Below, piece after piece: positions 37,050 to 49,935 of a stretch of 64,000 nt of DNA. Origin of the DNA: Rhina ancylostomus (Eukaryota). How positions within the stretch are numbered: position 1 is the stretch's first letter; each line of letters opens with the position of its first letter. The notes under the pieces are model-generated. The model was not told where the DNA came from, ran no database searches, and saw nothing but the letters and a program-made list of their open reading frames with translations. The DNA lies in assembly GCA_030265395.1 (NCBI GenBank), contig JARFYF010000118.1, positions 24,277,824-24,341,823 of the forward strand. The letters are read 5' to 3'. The translations under genes and the position numbers were made by a program.

Positions 37050-37205
37050 AAAAATAAAGTGCTGTAGATGCTGAAAATCCAAAATAAAGCAGAGAATACA
37101 GGAAGTACTCTACAGATCAGCCAGCTCCTGTGGAGGGAGAAACCAGTTTTCTTCTCTATGTAGATGCTGTACGACCTGGTGAATATTGTAAGTGTCTTTG
37201 TTTAA
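37050..37205. mobile_element. Penelope-like palindromic element, decayed
   Basis: gctgtagatgctgaaaatcc..ctgtggagggagaaac / ttctctatgtagatgctg..gacctggtgaatatt. Confidence 0.55.
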
Positions 37206-37559
37206 TAGCTGTGGTTAGTCTGATGGGCAGTCATGAAAGACACAGCCCAGCAAAGTACATGCTTTGGAGTCTTCCATTGCTGCTCTTGAGTACCTGATGC
37301 AGAAGATGGAGGGAAGGATGCATGTTTAATTTTCTTTTAAGGGCAGGAAACCCTTGAGAACTCCTCTCACAAGGAAATGGTGCGAGACTCTTACCTAACA
37401 TTTGTCTGCCACAGCACACCCTGACAGTCTACTATTGTAAACTTTAATCTCACACCTCATAGTTGAATGAGGTATTAATGATTCAAATACAATAGCCACA
37501 TCACACAGGTGTGTTGCAACCTACAACTGACATCCTTCATTCTTGGAGGACAGGGTAAC

Positions 37560-38290
37560 TGTGATTGGAGAAGACAGTGACCAATCAACAGGGACAGCTG
37601 CATCACCATGTTGTCCTTTTGCAAGAGGAAGGTGCTCACTATCATTGAAGCAGGGGTTACTGGGTCAGTGGCCAGTAACAAAGTGGATCCTCATACCCAA
37701 TCCTCTTACATCACCGTTTTTCCTGTCCCATCTAGATTTAGAAACTGCAGATGGTATAAGCAGGCATTTCCCTCCCCTCCATATAGCCCAATCCTTATGT
37801 GTTTCTTCATTTAAATACCCCAAAATTGGCCACACTATGGTGGAAAAACAAGAAGATAGTGAAGACAAAGAAGCCCCATCTTTTGGTTCCAGACTTGTAG
37901 TCACCACCTCAGATGTTGGATGTGTGCATAATTTAGTGGTTAGGTTAAAAGTGAAATCTAGACATGGTGAGGAATCATTTATGAGTGACCTGTAGCCATG
38001 GCAGAAGACAGATGGCACCAGAGGAAAAGGCTGAAGTTAAACGCAAAAGGCGAACTCTTTGATGTGTTCGGCTATGGAAGAAGGCTGTTGGTTCTGCACA
38101 ATGAAATTCCTGGGGCATTGGCAAGCCTAGCAGCAACCTTGCATGGAGTGTCAAAGAACATGGAAGAGACTTTTACACCTACCAACACATTCACTTTCAT
38201 GGCGAAATACAGAAGGTACAGTGAATTGATACAATGTGAGAGCATCATGACTGCTGCCAGCTTTATGGCCGTTCATCTGCATGTTGTGTA
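37560..38290 (+). mobile_element. Possible PIF/Harbinger Myb/SANT-protein remnant
   Basis: Fragments KVLTIIEAGVTGSVAS and YGRRLLVLHNEIPGALASLAATLHGVSKNMEET recall fish Harbinger ORF2; recognised from memory only. Confidence 0.35.
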
Positions 38291-38589
38291 GTGCATGGTC
38301 ACTGGGCACTGAGGGTGTGTGGAATCTCTGTGAGGTTTACAGAGTGAAATATTCTCTAATTCTCAGGATATTGTTGTTGCTGGCAAGGCCAGGACTTATT
38401 GCCAGTCCTTAATTGCCCAAGAACTAAGTGCCTTGTTAGGCCATTTCAGAGGGCAGTTTAGCACCAGCCTCATTGTTGTGGTCTCAAGTTGACAGGCTGG
38501 TCCCAGTGAGGGTGCCAATTTTCTTCCATATAGGGTATTAATACCGGTTGAATTTTTATAATGGTACAGTAGCTTCATGGTGAACTAAC

Positions 38590-39460
38590 TCCTGCATGGT
38601 AAGCTAGTCCAGAAGGTTAGGTCACTTGGGATCTTGGGTGAGCTGGTCAATTGGACACAAAATTGGTCTGAGGGTAGGAGATGGAGGTTTGTGGTGTAGT
38701 GTTGTTTTTCAGACTAGAGGCCGATGGCCATTGGTGTGCCACAGGGATCAGTGCTGGGTCCACCTTTGTTCATCCTCTATATTAATGATTTGGATGAGAA
38801 TGCAGGTGGCATGACTAATAAGTTTGTAGATCACACTAAAATTGGTGGTATAGTGGACAGTAAAAAAGGTTGTCTAGGATTACAATGGGACCTTGATCAA
38901 CTGGACCAATGGACCGAGGAATGGCAGATGGAATTTAATTTAGATAAATTTGAGGTGTTTCAGTATGGTAAGACAAACCAGGGCAGAACTTACACAGTAA
39001 ATGGTGGGGCCCTGGTGAGTGTTGTAGAACAGAGATGAAGGGGTGCAGTCACTTGAATGTGGGACACAGGTAGACAGGGTGGTGAAGAAGGTATAAAATC
39101 ATAAGGGGCATGAATAAGGTGAACAGCCAAAGTCTTTTCCCTAGGGTAGGGAGTCCAAAACCAGAGAGTTTATAGGTTTAAAATAAGATGGGAAAGATCT
39201 AAGAGGGACCTGAGGGGCAACTTTTTCACACAGAGGGTAGTGAGTATATGGAACAAGCTGCTAGAGAAAATGGGAGAGATAGGTGCAATTATATCATTTA
39301 ATAGGCATTTGGAAGGTAACATTGATTGGAAAGGTTTAGAGGGACATGGGCCAAACGCAGGCAGATGGGACTAACTCAGTTGGGCAACTTGGACTGCATG
39401 GATGAGTTGGGCTGAAAGGCCTGTTTCCGTGTTGGGTAACTCTATGACTCTATGACCCTA
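38590..39460 (+). mobile_element. CR1 LINE, RT to 3' end
   Basis: ORF 38724..39038 GVPQGSVLGPPLFILYINDLDE..KFVDHTKIGG..WQMEFNLDKFEV; tail ctctatgactctatgac. Confidence 0.92.
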
Positions 39461-39589
39461 TTCTGGGAGCACAGTCAATGGTGCCCTGCACTATGCAGAA
39501 GTCTGCTCTCCTTACAGAAGAAAGAATGAAAAGTCATCTCTCTTTGCAAAAAGGGTGCTGGTAACTTCCCTTGTGCAAGGGCAGGTGCC

Positions 39590-40480
39590 AAACTGCAAAA
39601 CACGGTAGATGACACAAAAATTAGTGTCTTTGCTGATAGTGAGAAGGGTAGTATTAGCTTACTGAATGATGTTAAGTTTTTGAGTTGGTAAGGCATTGGC
39701 AGATAGAACTTAATCCTGATAAGTGTGAGGTGATGCGTCTTGGGGTGGTGGGGGGAGGAGCTGCAAATAAGAATAGGAGAAAAAATGGTAGAATCCTAGG
39801 GAATATTGAGGAATAAAAGGACCTTGGTGTACCTTTGAATAAGATAGCAGCACAGGTAGAAAGGGTGGTGAAGAAGGCATAAGGGATATTTGCCTTCATT
39901 AGTCAGGGCACAGAATGGTGGGAGGTTTTGGTACAACTTTATAAATCATTGTTTTGGCCACAGCTGGAATATTGCGTGAGATTCTGGTTGCCACACTTGT
40001 AGGAAGGACGTGCATGCACCAGAAACAGTGCAGAGGACAATCACCAGGATGTTGCCTGGGCTGGAATGTTTCTTTTATAAGGAGAGACTGGATAGGCTGG
40101 ACTCGTTTTCCTTGGAGCAGAAGAGGCTGAGGGGGGATCCTGATAGAGGTATAGTAAATTATGAGAGGCATGGATAGGGAACATAGTAAGAAACTTATCC
40201 CCATAGCAGAAGTGTCTGTAAGCAGAGGTCACAGGTTTAAGGCGAGGAGTAAGTGGTTCAGAGGGGATCTGAGGGAGAATTTTTTTTCACCCAATTCACA
40301 CTGAGAGGGTGGTGGAGGCAGGTACTCTTAGAACATCTAACAAGCATTTGGATGAGCACCTGAATCACTAAGTCACAGTAGGCTACTGACCGAATTCTGA
40401 TAAATGGGGTTAGTATAGCCAGGACTTAATGGTTGGTATGGACATAATGGGCCAACAGACCTGTTTCTATGCTGTATGAG
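39590..40480 (+). mobile_element. CR1 LINE, RT to 3' end (second copy)
   Basis: VDDTKI..WQIELNPDKCEVMRLG..VQRTITRMLPGLE..RLDRL motifs and tail. Confidence 0.88.
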
Positions 40481-41374
40481 CCTCCACATTTAGACTAGGT
40501 GGTACTAAATACCTGAAAGATTCATGGCATTTAGACCTTGACAACCACTGGTAAAGAGGATATGCCTTGTTCTAAGGTTACATTTCTGGCAGATTTTTGT
40601 AAGGACATTCTTATGGAAAGACAGGAATGTCACACACAATATTTTTCACTGAGGTTCAGGGACCAGAATTGCTCTTTAATCATAGGGTGGATATGGCCTC
40701 AAGGTAGAAGTCATAATGCGCACTGCAACCTCTGCCCTGAGCTTGTCCTAGACCATATAACCTCTGCTCATTCTCTCAGTCATGTTTTTTTTTCCCAAAG
40801 GCTTTCTGTATTTATATAACTAGGAACAACTGATCTGTGCAGAACCCTTGAGTTCAGTGCAAAGTCCTTCAACACTGTTCCCTGCAGATTGCTCAAAAGC
40901 AAAAGAAACTAACCATCAGTTAACCTGTAAACAGTGGTTAATCTCTTAAAATCTCTTAATCTCTGTGCTTTAAGATTAAAACTCATCTTTATCCAGTCTG
41001 TCTGCAAAGCTGCAACCTCATCACTGAAGCTATTTGAGTAAATCTCTACTTGTATTTCTATAGGCTTGATGAGGTGTCTTGAGCATAAATCTGAGAACAG
41101 GGTAAAAAAAAACCTATTGAAGTTACTATTGAGAATCTTCTGCTGTATGGTTAATAAATCTGGCCTTGTGGTGAATTGGTCATCTGACATCTTGTCAAGT
41201 TGCAAACAGTAAACTTTAAGTGAACAAAGTTTAAGTAGAGAAAATTCTGGGAGTAGGCCATAGTCTGATAGTTGCAGCAAGAGCACCGAGCCAATGTGTT
41301 CTCTGTTGTAAAGAGCATACAAAGTGGAAGCAGGAATATTCCATGCAATTTTTCAAGCCTGCTCCATCATTTAC

Positions 41375-41780
41375 ACAAACATAAGAATTAAGAGCAGGCC
41401 ACCTGACCCCTTGAGGTTGCTCTGCAAGGTCACAACTGATCTGACTACAACTTCAACTCTTCATTTTCATCTACTCTGGTAATCTTTCACCCAATCAAAA
41501 ATCTATCTACCAATGCCTTAAAATATTTGAAGACTTAGATTCCCCTGCTCTTTAAGAGTCCTTAGAGTGCCTCAGAAAATTTTACCTTGTCTGTCTTGAA
41601 TGTGATCCCTTTTTTTCAAAGAGTGACCCCTAGGTCTAAATTCTCTCTCAAGAAGAAACATACTCTCTGCATTGCAGTTTTTCGAGACCCCTGTTTCAAG
41701 CAGGTCCCTACTCACTCTTCTAGGCTCCAGCAGAAACAAATCTAGCCTGTCCAACCTTTCTTTGTAACACAACCATCCAA
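41375..41780 (-). mobile_element. CR1 LINE 3' end
   Basis: ORF 41572..41772 CYKERLDRLDLFLLEPRRVSRDL..RPRGHSLK. Confidence 0.82.
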
Positions 41781-41799
41781 ATTCATTGCTGATTTTCTA

Positions 41800-42740
41800 C
41801 CTTGGCTTAGTTTTCTTGCCATATCCACATATGACTTGAATTTCTAGATATTAAAGGAATCATCTATCTGTTTTGAATAGCCTTCTAGGGTAGTGAATTC
41901 CAAAATTTCAACAACCTCTGCTTGAAGAAATTTCTCTTCATCTTAATCATAAATATCCTATCCATTTATTTCTGATAATGTAACACATCATTTGAAACTC
42001 CAGCCAAGTAAAACATCTTTCCTGCATTCAGCTTATTGAGCCCAGTAAGAATTTAGTAAGTTTCATTGAGAATATCTTGTTGTTCTGAACTCTCATCTTT
42101 TGTATGGCAAACCCACCATTCTGGTGAATCTTTATTCATGAACACTCATCCTCTTGTAATAAAGGCCAGAGTACCATTTGCCACATTCATTGCTTGCTGA
42201 ACCTGCATGTTTTTAGTGACTTGTGTACAAACTCATCTAGGTAGTTTTGAATAACTGCATTTCCCAATCTGTTACCTTAAGTTTATTTTGTTCTGCTGTG
42301 TGCACCAAGTGGATATTCTCGTTTGTTTCACCTGCCATGTTCTTGCCCATTCACTGATCTTTTCCAAAAACCCTTGAGGCTTCTTCACTCATTGTCCCAC
42401 CTAATTTTGTATCATCAGCAAACCTGTTGATATGTGACACATGGTCCCTTCACCCATATCATTGATAAAGGATATGAATAGCTGGGCACAAGCACAATCC
42501 CAGCAGTACCCACAAGTCACAGCCTCCCAACCCGAGAAGGACCCATTTATTCCCATGCTTTGCTTTCTATCTGTTAACCAAGTTTCAATCCATGCCAGTC
42601 TATTAACTTTTGTTCCTTGTGCTCCAACATTGAGGGATCTCAACAAAAGCATTCTGAAAAGACAACTAGGCATCCACTGGTTCTATTTGACTATCCTAAA
42701 ATAAATCCAGCAGATTAATCAGCACAATTTCCCTTTCTAT
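41800..42740 (-). mobile_element. CR1 LINE fragment
   Basis: ORF 42401..42673 LAWIETWLTDRKQSMGINGSFSGWEAVT..QLFISFINDM. Confidence 0.8.
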
Positions 42741-43189
42741 TACCCTACTTCAGTTTTGGGGAAAGTGACCTACAGTGAGGATTAAACTTTCATTTTTAAT
42801 CTAATGAGTTTAATCCCCTTTAAGCAACATTGTATAAGGGAAAGAATTTGCAGAACAGTGTGTTGAAAATGTCAACTTGGGTTGGGAATTCTTGTTGTTC
42901 TCAAAATAAATTCCTGGAAATATTATGGCACAGATGGGGACTATTTAACCCATTCCATTCATACAAGCTGACATCAATTACTAATCTCTCTGCCAGTAGA
43001 AATGTATTCATTCTTCCTAGCAATTTTTAAATTTCAAAAGAAAGGACCATGGCTCAGCAAATTGCTGCTTCAAGCTCAAATTTTCCTGTCCTAGCAATTT
43101 CCTTTAAGTCGTCTTTGTGGCCTGTCTTTGTATTTCCTTATGACATAGCAAGAGGCAATTCAGCCAGAGTCTCTGCCACCTCTCAGAGC

Positions 43190-43400
43190 AATCAAATTAT
43201 CTCGCTGTCTTGCTTATTCTGCTACCAGCCTGATAATTAGGGGTAACTGACAGTAGCCACTTAACCGAAGAGCCAGCACATCTTTGGCATGTGGGAGAAA
43301 TTTGGAGCACCCAAGAAAAAAGGGAAACTCCACAATAGCACCAACAGTCAGTACTGAAGCTGGGTTGCTGTGAGATGGCTGCACTACCTGCAGCACCTCT
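43190..43400 (-). mobile_element. V-SINE, decayed
   Basis: catctttggcatgtgggagaaatttggagcaccc is the reverse complement of the V-domain. Confidence 0.65.
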
Positions 43401-43640
43401 GTGCTTTACATGCAATAGCATGAAGCTGATGCAATCCAGGGTTGTAGTGTCTGTGACCTCTGTTCCTCCGTGTGGCAAGTAACCCCTGAGGAGGACAAAA
43501 CATTCAGATGCTGCATTTTATGTAATGCAAACTTGGTTATTTTTAAATTTTAATTGCATCAAATTATATTTACACAAAGAAAATTGAGGTCTTAAAGATA
43601 AGGCTATTGATGTACTTACAATATTCATATTTTTTAACAG

Positions 43641-43923
43641 GTTACTATCCAGCTGCTGGGCAGTACCTGCCTCCAGGTCACTTTATCCCCCCTGGCCACT
43701 ACCCACCCCCGCCTGGGCACGATCCCCCTCATAGTGGACAAACGGCAACTGTTATAGTTCCTCCAGGTGCAGCAACAACAGTGACTGTACTGCAGGGGGA
43801 GATGTTTCAAGCTGCACCAGTGCAGATTGTGTGCCCTCATTGTCAGCAGGCTATCACAACCAAGATCACCTACGAGCTTGGCTTATTGAATACTTTATTC
43901 TGTCTCTTCTGCTGTTTTATGGG
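43641..43923 (+). CDS. CDIP1: CDIP1 (cell death-inducing p53 target 1, LITAF family) penultimate coding exon
   Basis: tttttaacag|gt ... gg|gtaagt; (G)[93 protein letters not shown](G). Matches the CDIP1-specific [12 protein letters not shown] and [12 protein letters not shown] motifs. Confidence 0.95.
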
Positions 43924-45777
43924 GTAAGTGACTTGTATTTGGGGGTTTTCAGGTCTCATTTTTAAGAATTCTTTTTCTTACAGCTGCAATCGCTTTTTTT
44001 GACCTCTCTTAATCTTATGGATTTTTTAAAACACATCTGCATACTTTTCATATTTTCTTCCATGTTGGCACTCTTGTTCTTTTGGAATGATATTAACTAT
44101 TCTGCAGCTCTCATTCTTTTTTGGTGTTCTGTTATCTTGCCTAATTTCCATATCTGTCTTGACTTGCCCAGATCATGTTCTGATATCTTCCTGACTACCC
44201 TGCTCTTCTACAAGTTATTTTCCCCTTTCTACTTGAATAGTAAACCTCAAGTGCTCACCCATATGGATAGATAAGCTATTTTATTTACTCTTTACAAAAA
44301 TAACTCTACCCATGTAGGAATAAGATAATCCTGCATAATTTATGAAATTAATAGAACGGAATTCCTCTGTTCCACCCAGAGTCAGTAGTAAAGTTCCTGG
44401 ATCAATTTTGTTATTTCTTGTCTCCTAGATTTGCAAAGTTTCTTCCCATAACTAGTATAATTCCAATAATGGAATAATTTCTTTGAAAGAACTAACACAT
44501 TAAATGATGGTCTCCTGTGCTGTAAGATACTAGCATTAATCTTTCACTGAATTGACTTTTGCTGATGCATACAAAGTTAGTCAATCTTCACAGCATGTTT
44601 TACCTCACTATTTTGCCACTTAACCACACAGTATTCCATTCTTGTGAAAGGAAAAAAAAGTTTGTACACTTTCTGTCCTAGTGTTGCCAAATTTCAGTTC
44701 ATATTGTTCTATTTCTGTGAAAGAATTCCTTCTAGCTTTTTCCCTACACAGTATTCCAATGCATTTAATTTTTCCATGTCCATACAGTCCATTTCATGTT
44801 AAATCTTGCCTTGTGTACTCCCCTTTTTGTGTATGTTGTGTCCACCTCTTTTTTTTTGCTCTGTATCCTACTGAATAATTTTGAAGGTAACTTAATTGTT
44901 TTCTTTCAATACTGAGTTTTGAGTTTGAATTATTTTCTCAGCAAATGTTGTTGCTCATTCTTGCACTTCCACTCCTTTTTAACTAATTACTTGAGGGTTT
45001 GTAACAAAATGTAGAAATACTGATTATTAAGTTATTTTTATAAATTACTTTTTTCATTTATTCTGATTCCAGGGCCAACTTTCTAATATTATAAAGTCCT
45101 TTATTAATAAAGTGGTTTCTCTCAGGATCTCATCAAAATGTTTTGATAGAAATTATGTCAGGATGTGACCTAGTGTTATTTAAACTGGATCTTTGTTTTA
45201 GCATGTTGTAGTATTTAAGTTTTTGAAAAATAAGTGAAATTCAGCAAAACAGTTTTGGACTTGAGGGAAAATAATCTTGCATTATCATAAACTTTTTTTT
45301 CTTACTGCTGAGCACACCTACAGACCCTCAAATTCAACTGCATTAATTGACAGTGATTTCATGATCTGAACATGAAGCAAAGTGTATAATATTCTGATTA
45401 TGCCAGATTCTGGAACAGGTTTCATAAGGCATACTTTGTAATTTGGAATGATTGTCTTGGTTCAGTAATGTCTTTATTTCTTGGCAGGGATTGGGGAAGG
45501 ATAAAGCACATTCAATAACTATTCTGATTTGTGGTTGTGACTTTTCCTGGTGAATAAATCAAAGTGATAATCTGATGATTTGACAAGAGTGTAATTGTTT
45601 TGCTCAGGCACTGAAGTCTTAAATTCTAAGGGTGTGAGCATAATTGATGCCATTGATGAAGACCCTTCACTTTTCCAATACATTTTTTATATACTACTAT
45701 TTGTGTAATGTACAATAATTGTCATTGATGTAAAGCTGTAGTAAACTTCAATTTCTTTTTCTTTTGTTTTGATCCAG

Positions 45778-45889
45778 GTGTGATCTGGGTTGCTGCTTAA
45801 TCCCATGCTTGATAGATGACCTGAAGGATGTGATGCATACTTGTCCAAACTGTAAAGCTTACATATATACATACAAGCGTGTGTGTTAA
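45778..45889 (+). CDS. CDIP1: CDIP1 last coding exon: (G)[36 protein letters not shown]
   Basis: Long polypyrimidine tract then gatccag|g; second LITAF CXXC (HTCPNC); TAA at 45887-45889; phase fits the upstream exon. Confidence 0.96.
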
Positions 45890-48390
45890 CACCAACCCTG
45901 GTTCTGTCCAAACCTTAAAAGGATAAACTTAATGTTAACTTTTAGTTTCTATTTACACGTGATGCAGCATTGTCCTGTGCTGTCCAACAAACTGTGAATG
46001 CCTTACCTGCAGAATATATGATCAAGATGAAGAATTTAGTAATGTATTGATATTGTATCAGCAGTCAATTTTCATCCCCAACTTGAAAACAAAACACAAT
46101 TTCATTGCACTTCAAGTTGTGAAGTTTCCAGTAAAGCAAAACCTATGGCTAGCACCTTTTTAAGATGATAGTCAGTTTAGAATCTTGAGCTAGTTGTATA
46201 TTGATGTCGATTATTGTGTTAAATGGTGTTTGAGAATTAAAAGTAAATAACTAGTTTATGGTATCTTTCAACAGTCTGCCTTTTGTCCCAAAATATTGCC
46301 CACTGCTGCAATATTTTTGTTTATTCAATATGTACAGTTTAATATAAAACTATTAATGTGCTCTATAGAAAATACAGGAGTTAGAGTGCACACTTTAAAC
46401 CCCAGGGAAAAATAGTTTTGTCGTCTGGCACATGTTGCTGCTTAATGGGAGCACGTGCATGGATGTCTTGTAATATGGTGTGCATTCTTGCCATTTGATT
46501 ACTTGCAGTTGGTGTGTTTTTGGTTCAAAAATCCATCCTGATGCAGATGTATAAAGACTGAATTTCTGAACAATTGTTAGTTGCTGGGAAAGATAAAAGG
46601 TTAAAATGAAGGCCAATTTAAGAAAAGCATTGTTTATTTTGAAGAGTGTTTTTAAAGAGCCAAAATGTGAATTTCACTCATAGCATTTTATTGTTGCCAT
46701 TCTAATTTAGTTTAAAAATATTAAAGGTTCTGAGCCATGACAAATGTGTTATTGTGATTATAGTGCACTCATGTCAGTCCAAATCATTTTAATGGAACTT
46801 GAACAGAGGATATTTTTTTAAAAAAAATAACACCACCACCACCTGTAAGCTTTAGGTCTAAACATGTAGCTTAGATTTTGTGGATCCAAAGAAAGTTTTT
46901 TCCAGATTTGAGGAATATTGTCTGTTAAGGGTGACTATCAGGATCTCCAGAAATGTTCTTTATAGTAGTGTTTTGAAATATTGTACAGTGCAGAAATCTC
47001 AGATATACTCAGAATATAAATGTAGTAAAATACCAACATGCAGCTTGCAAGTATTGCCTTTGCTAAGACTCTGGTGCATATGTAAACTTGCACTTTGCTT
47101 TAGCATTTCTACTGTACACCTTGCATCATGAACTTGCAAAGAATTATTACAAATGCTTGACTGTTTTAAAACTAGGTTACTGGAAATACAAATGTGATAG
47201 ATGCATTTATTTTTTGGAGTGCACAGAGAGTATGCATGTGGCTGACCTTTTTCTACTTGATATGCTGTGGATAAATGCATACAACCTAACCACCTTTTGG
47301 GATAAAGCAAACTGGTTGATGAGAAGCTACAATTGTTGCTGGTTGGGAAACATTATTTCAGTACTTCTATTACTAATATTTGAACATTTTGTTCATGAGC
47401 TTTTCTGATACCACCATGCAATCATGGTCAATGTCAACATATTGACCAAACTTGCCTAGATTTAAGTTCAAAAATATCTTCTGTCATTTTATTGGTGAAT
47501 CATTTGAAAGATATCATCAGGTTATTTGCACACAGATCACATTTTTATGACACTTTGAATTTGCATTATGTAGTGCACACAGAAAGTATCTTGCAAATTG
47601 GAGACTTGGATTTGAAGACTGAAACAATTCCCATTTTAACAATTACAGCCAGTTCTATGTTTGGAGTCTTAGATTTTAATGCTGTTCATCAATAGACCAT
47701 GCATATTTATACCAAAATGTAATAGTCCTGATTTTGCAGGAGTAGCAGATCTTTACAACTATATTGGAGACATGGGTAAAAGACTAATATCTGGTGCAGT
47801 ATTTTAAGTGCTGATCTGACAATTTAAGTCAATTTCACAAGTAGGTTCCCTGTGTAATTGTAAAGTATTGAATTTTGAAAATGGACTTATTTTTAAAACC
47901 ACATACTTGTTTAAAAACATTGCTTGCATACTCACCAGAAGTTCTTTTTAAGGGCTTCTGTGTCAGAAAAGTTTGAAAATTCCATTTTAAATCAGTCTTG
48001 ACTGATTTGATTTTTCCATATATTTACATACATCCAGCAATATAAAGCCACCACTCCAAAGCATAGGGTAGATGATAGAAATGAAGGATGAACTTTCTGC
48101 ACTTTCTGTAAATACCAGTCTTTAGTTTGCACACCTGTGAATAATTTACTTGCCTTCATTGCTATTTGTTTTGAAATAAGTTGTACTTGTCTGTCCATTG
48201 TTTAAATCTAACGTGTGTTGATATTTTGTTAATGTGCATTCTGTCTCTTAAATTGTTTTTTTTTGTTAGATGCCTTGCAATGTCCTAAGTAGTTTTCTGT
48301 AACATTTTGTGTATGAATTAAATCATATTTCCATGTATTCTCATGTACAAAGTATATACATCTTGGAAGCTAATAAATGCTAAAAACACT
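45890..48390 (+). other. CDIP1: Putative CDIP1 3'UTR (~2.5 kb)
   Basis: AT/GT-rich tract with no repeat that I recognise, running from the stop codon to AATAAA at 48372-48377. Confidence 0.55.
48372..48377 (+). terminator. Probable CDIP1 polyadenylation signal
   Basis: AATAAA preceded by TGTA elements (~48310-48350) and followed by a T/GT-rich element (ctttgttttg). Confidence 0.55.
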
Positions 48391-48989
48391 ACTTTGTTTT
48401 GATCTTAAGTTTAACTCCTTATTCAAAAATACTGGAATTACAAATTCCAAACAAGTTAGTTGTTTTCCTACAATTTGCATATGGCTTCTGGATCTAAAGT
48501 GCTAGAATTTTAATCTAGGAAGATGATCAGATCATTAATTTGAAGATTCAAAGGTCATTGAATAGGTTCCATTCTTACAAATGTCCGTTAGTTGATTTTT
48601 TTTCCTCCATAAATTGGAAAATATGCAAATATCACTATGGAAATTATCTGTATTGAGTGGCATCAGAAGTGCAGAAGATTTTTTTAAAAGAACAATTACT
48701 AAATGTGGAAAACTTGTTTTGCTGTTTGTAGAAATTAACATGTATTTACATCAGACTTTAGAATTTTAATATTATGGGAACTTGTTTGTATTAAATTGGC
48801 CACTTGTAACCATGGGACAGTTTGTACAGGTTGAACTAAGGAACAGAAATTGAGGGAATCGCATTACCAGTATGTACTATAGACCCCAAAGCAGTCAGGG
48901 AGATGAAACAAATATATAGGTAAATTTGTAAGTGCAAAAAAAAAATCTTTAAATTAGGAATGATAGGTGAATCAAGTGTATAAAATGAG

Positions 48990-49935
48990 AGTTTGTTAAA
49001 ACTCATTCGGAGGAAACATTAATTTGTACATAGCATGTTGAACAAAAGGAGTCAAGCTTGGTTTTGGAGAATGAACTTGGGCAAGTGGGAAAGGTGGCTG
49101 TGGGAGAGTGCGCTGAAGCAACAATTGTAATTTCATTAACTTGGCAATTTTAATGCAAAGGAACAAAGAACATCTTTTACCTGAGAGCATTTTGGGTGCA
49201 AGAAATTAAAGGCAAATTTGAATTTGCCTGGAAAACTCTGTAGAGTTTTGGTCTTAAGGAGGATTTTGCTTATGGAACCAATTCGGAGAACCTTCACCAG
49301 GTTGAAGCCCAGGATGATAAGGTTAAGGACATAAGACTTTTGGAGTTCTTGATGGGTCTTCAAGATAAATGCTAAGATTATTTTCCCTTCCTCACTCTTT
49401 CCCCCACCTTCTGAAGGAATCTATAAACTAGAGGATATTGGTTATCCCTTAATCTAATACAATTTAAGATGGAAATGCAGAATTTCTTCTGAATGTTTGC
49501 TTTGTTTGGGATTCTCTGCCCAAGACCTTTTGAAGGGAGAATCATTGAATATAAAGATTACAGTTCAAAAATCTGGCTCAGTCCAATGTTTGAGGAACAG
49601 GAAAGTTAAGACAAGATTGAATCAACTTAATGATGCATTCATACTTAATGTTTATTTCCAACATTCAATTCTTAAGTCATCTGGCCANNNNNNNNNNNNN
49701 NNNNNNNNNNNNNNNNNNNNNNNNNNNNNNNNNNNNNNNNNNNNNNNNNNNNNNNNNNNNNNNNNNNNNNNNNNNNNNNNNNNNNNNTGCATAGTAGGGG
49801 AATTCAGGGTTATGGAGAAAAGGCAGGTAGGTGGAGCTGAGTCCACGGCCAGATCAGCCATGATCTTATTGAATGGCGGAGCAGGCTGGATGGGCCAGAT
49901 GGCCTACTCCTGCTCCTATTTCTTATGTTCTTATT
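48990..49935 (+). mobile_element. CR1 LINE 3' fragments spanning a gap
   Basis: RRTFTRLKPGM-like motif; young tail gggccagatggcctactcctgctcctatttcttatgttcttat. Confidence 0.7.

Noticed and set aside
37765-37800. PSPPYSP peptide as the missing CDIP1 PPxY exon
   Set aside because: Flanking residues do not match CDIP1, the frame stops at 37814, and I see no suitable phase-1 donor.
43607-43640. In-frame TTG/ATG extending the CDIP1 ORF ([11 protein letters not shown])
   Set aside because: It reads through the polypyrimidine tract and AG acceptor and has no similarity to the CDIP1 N-terminus; treated as intron.
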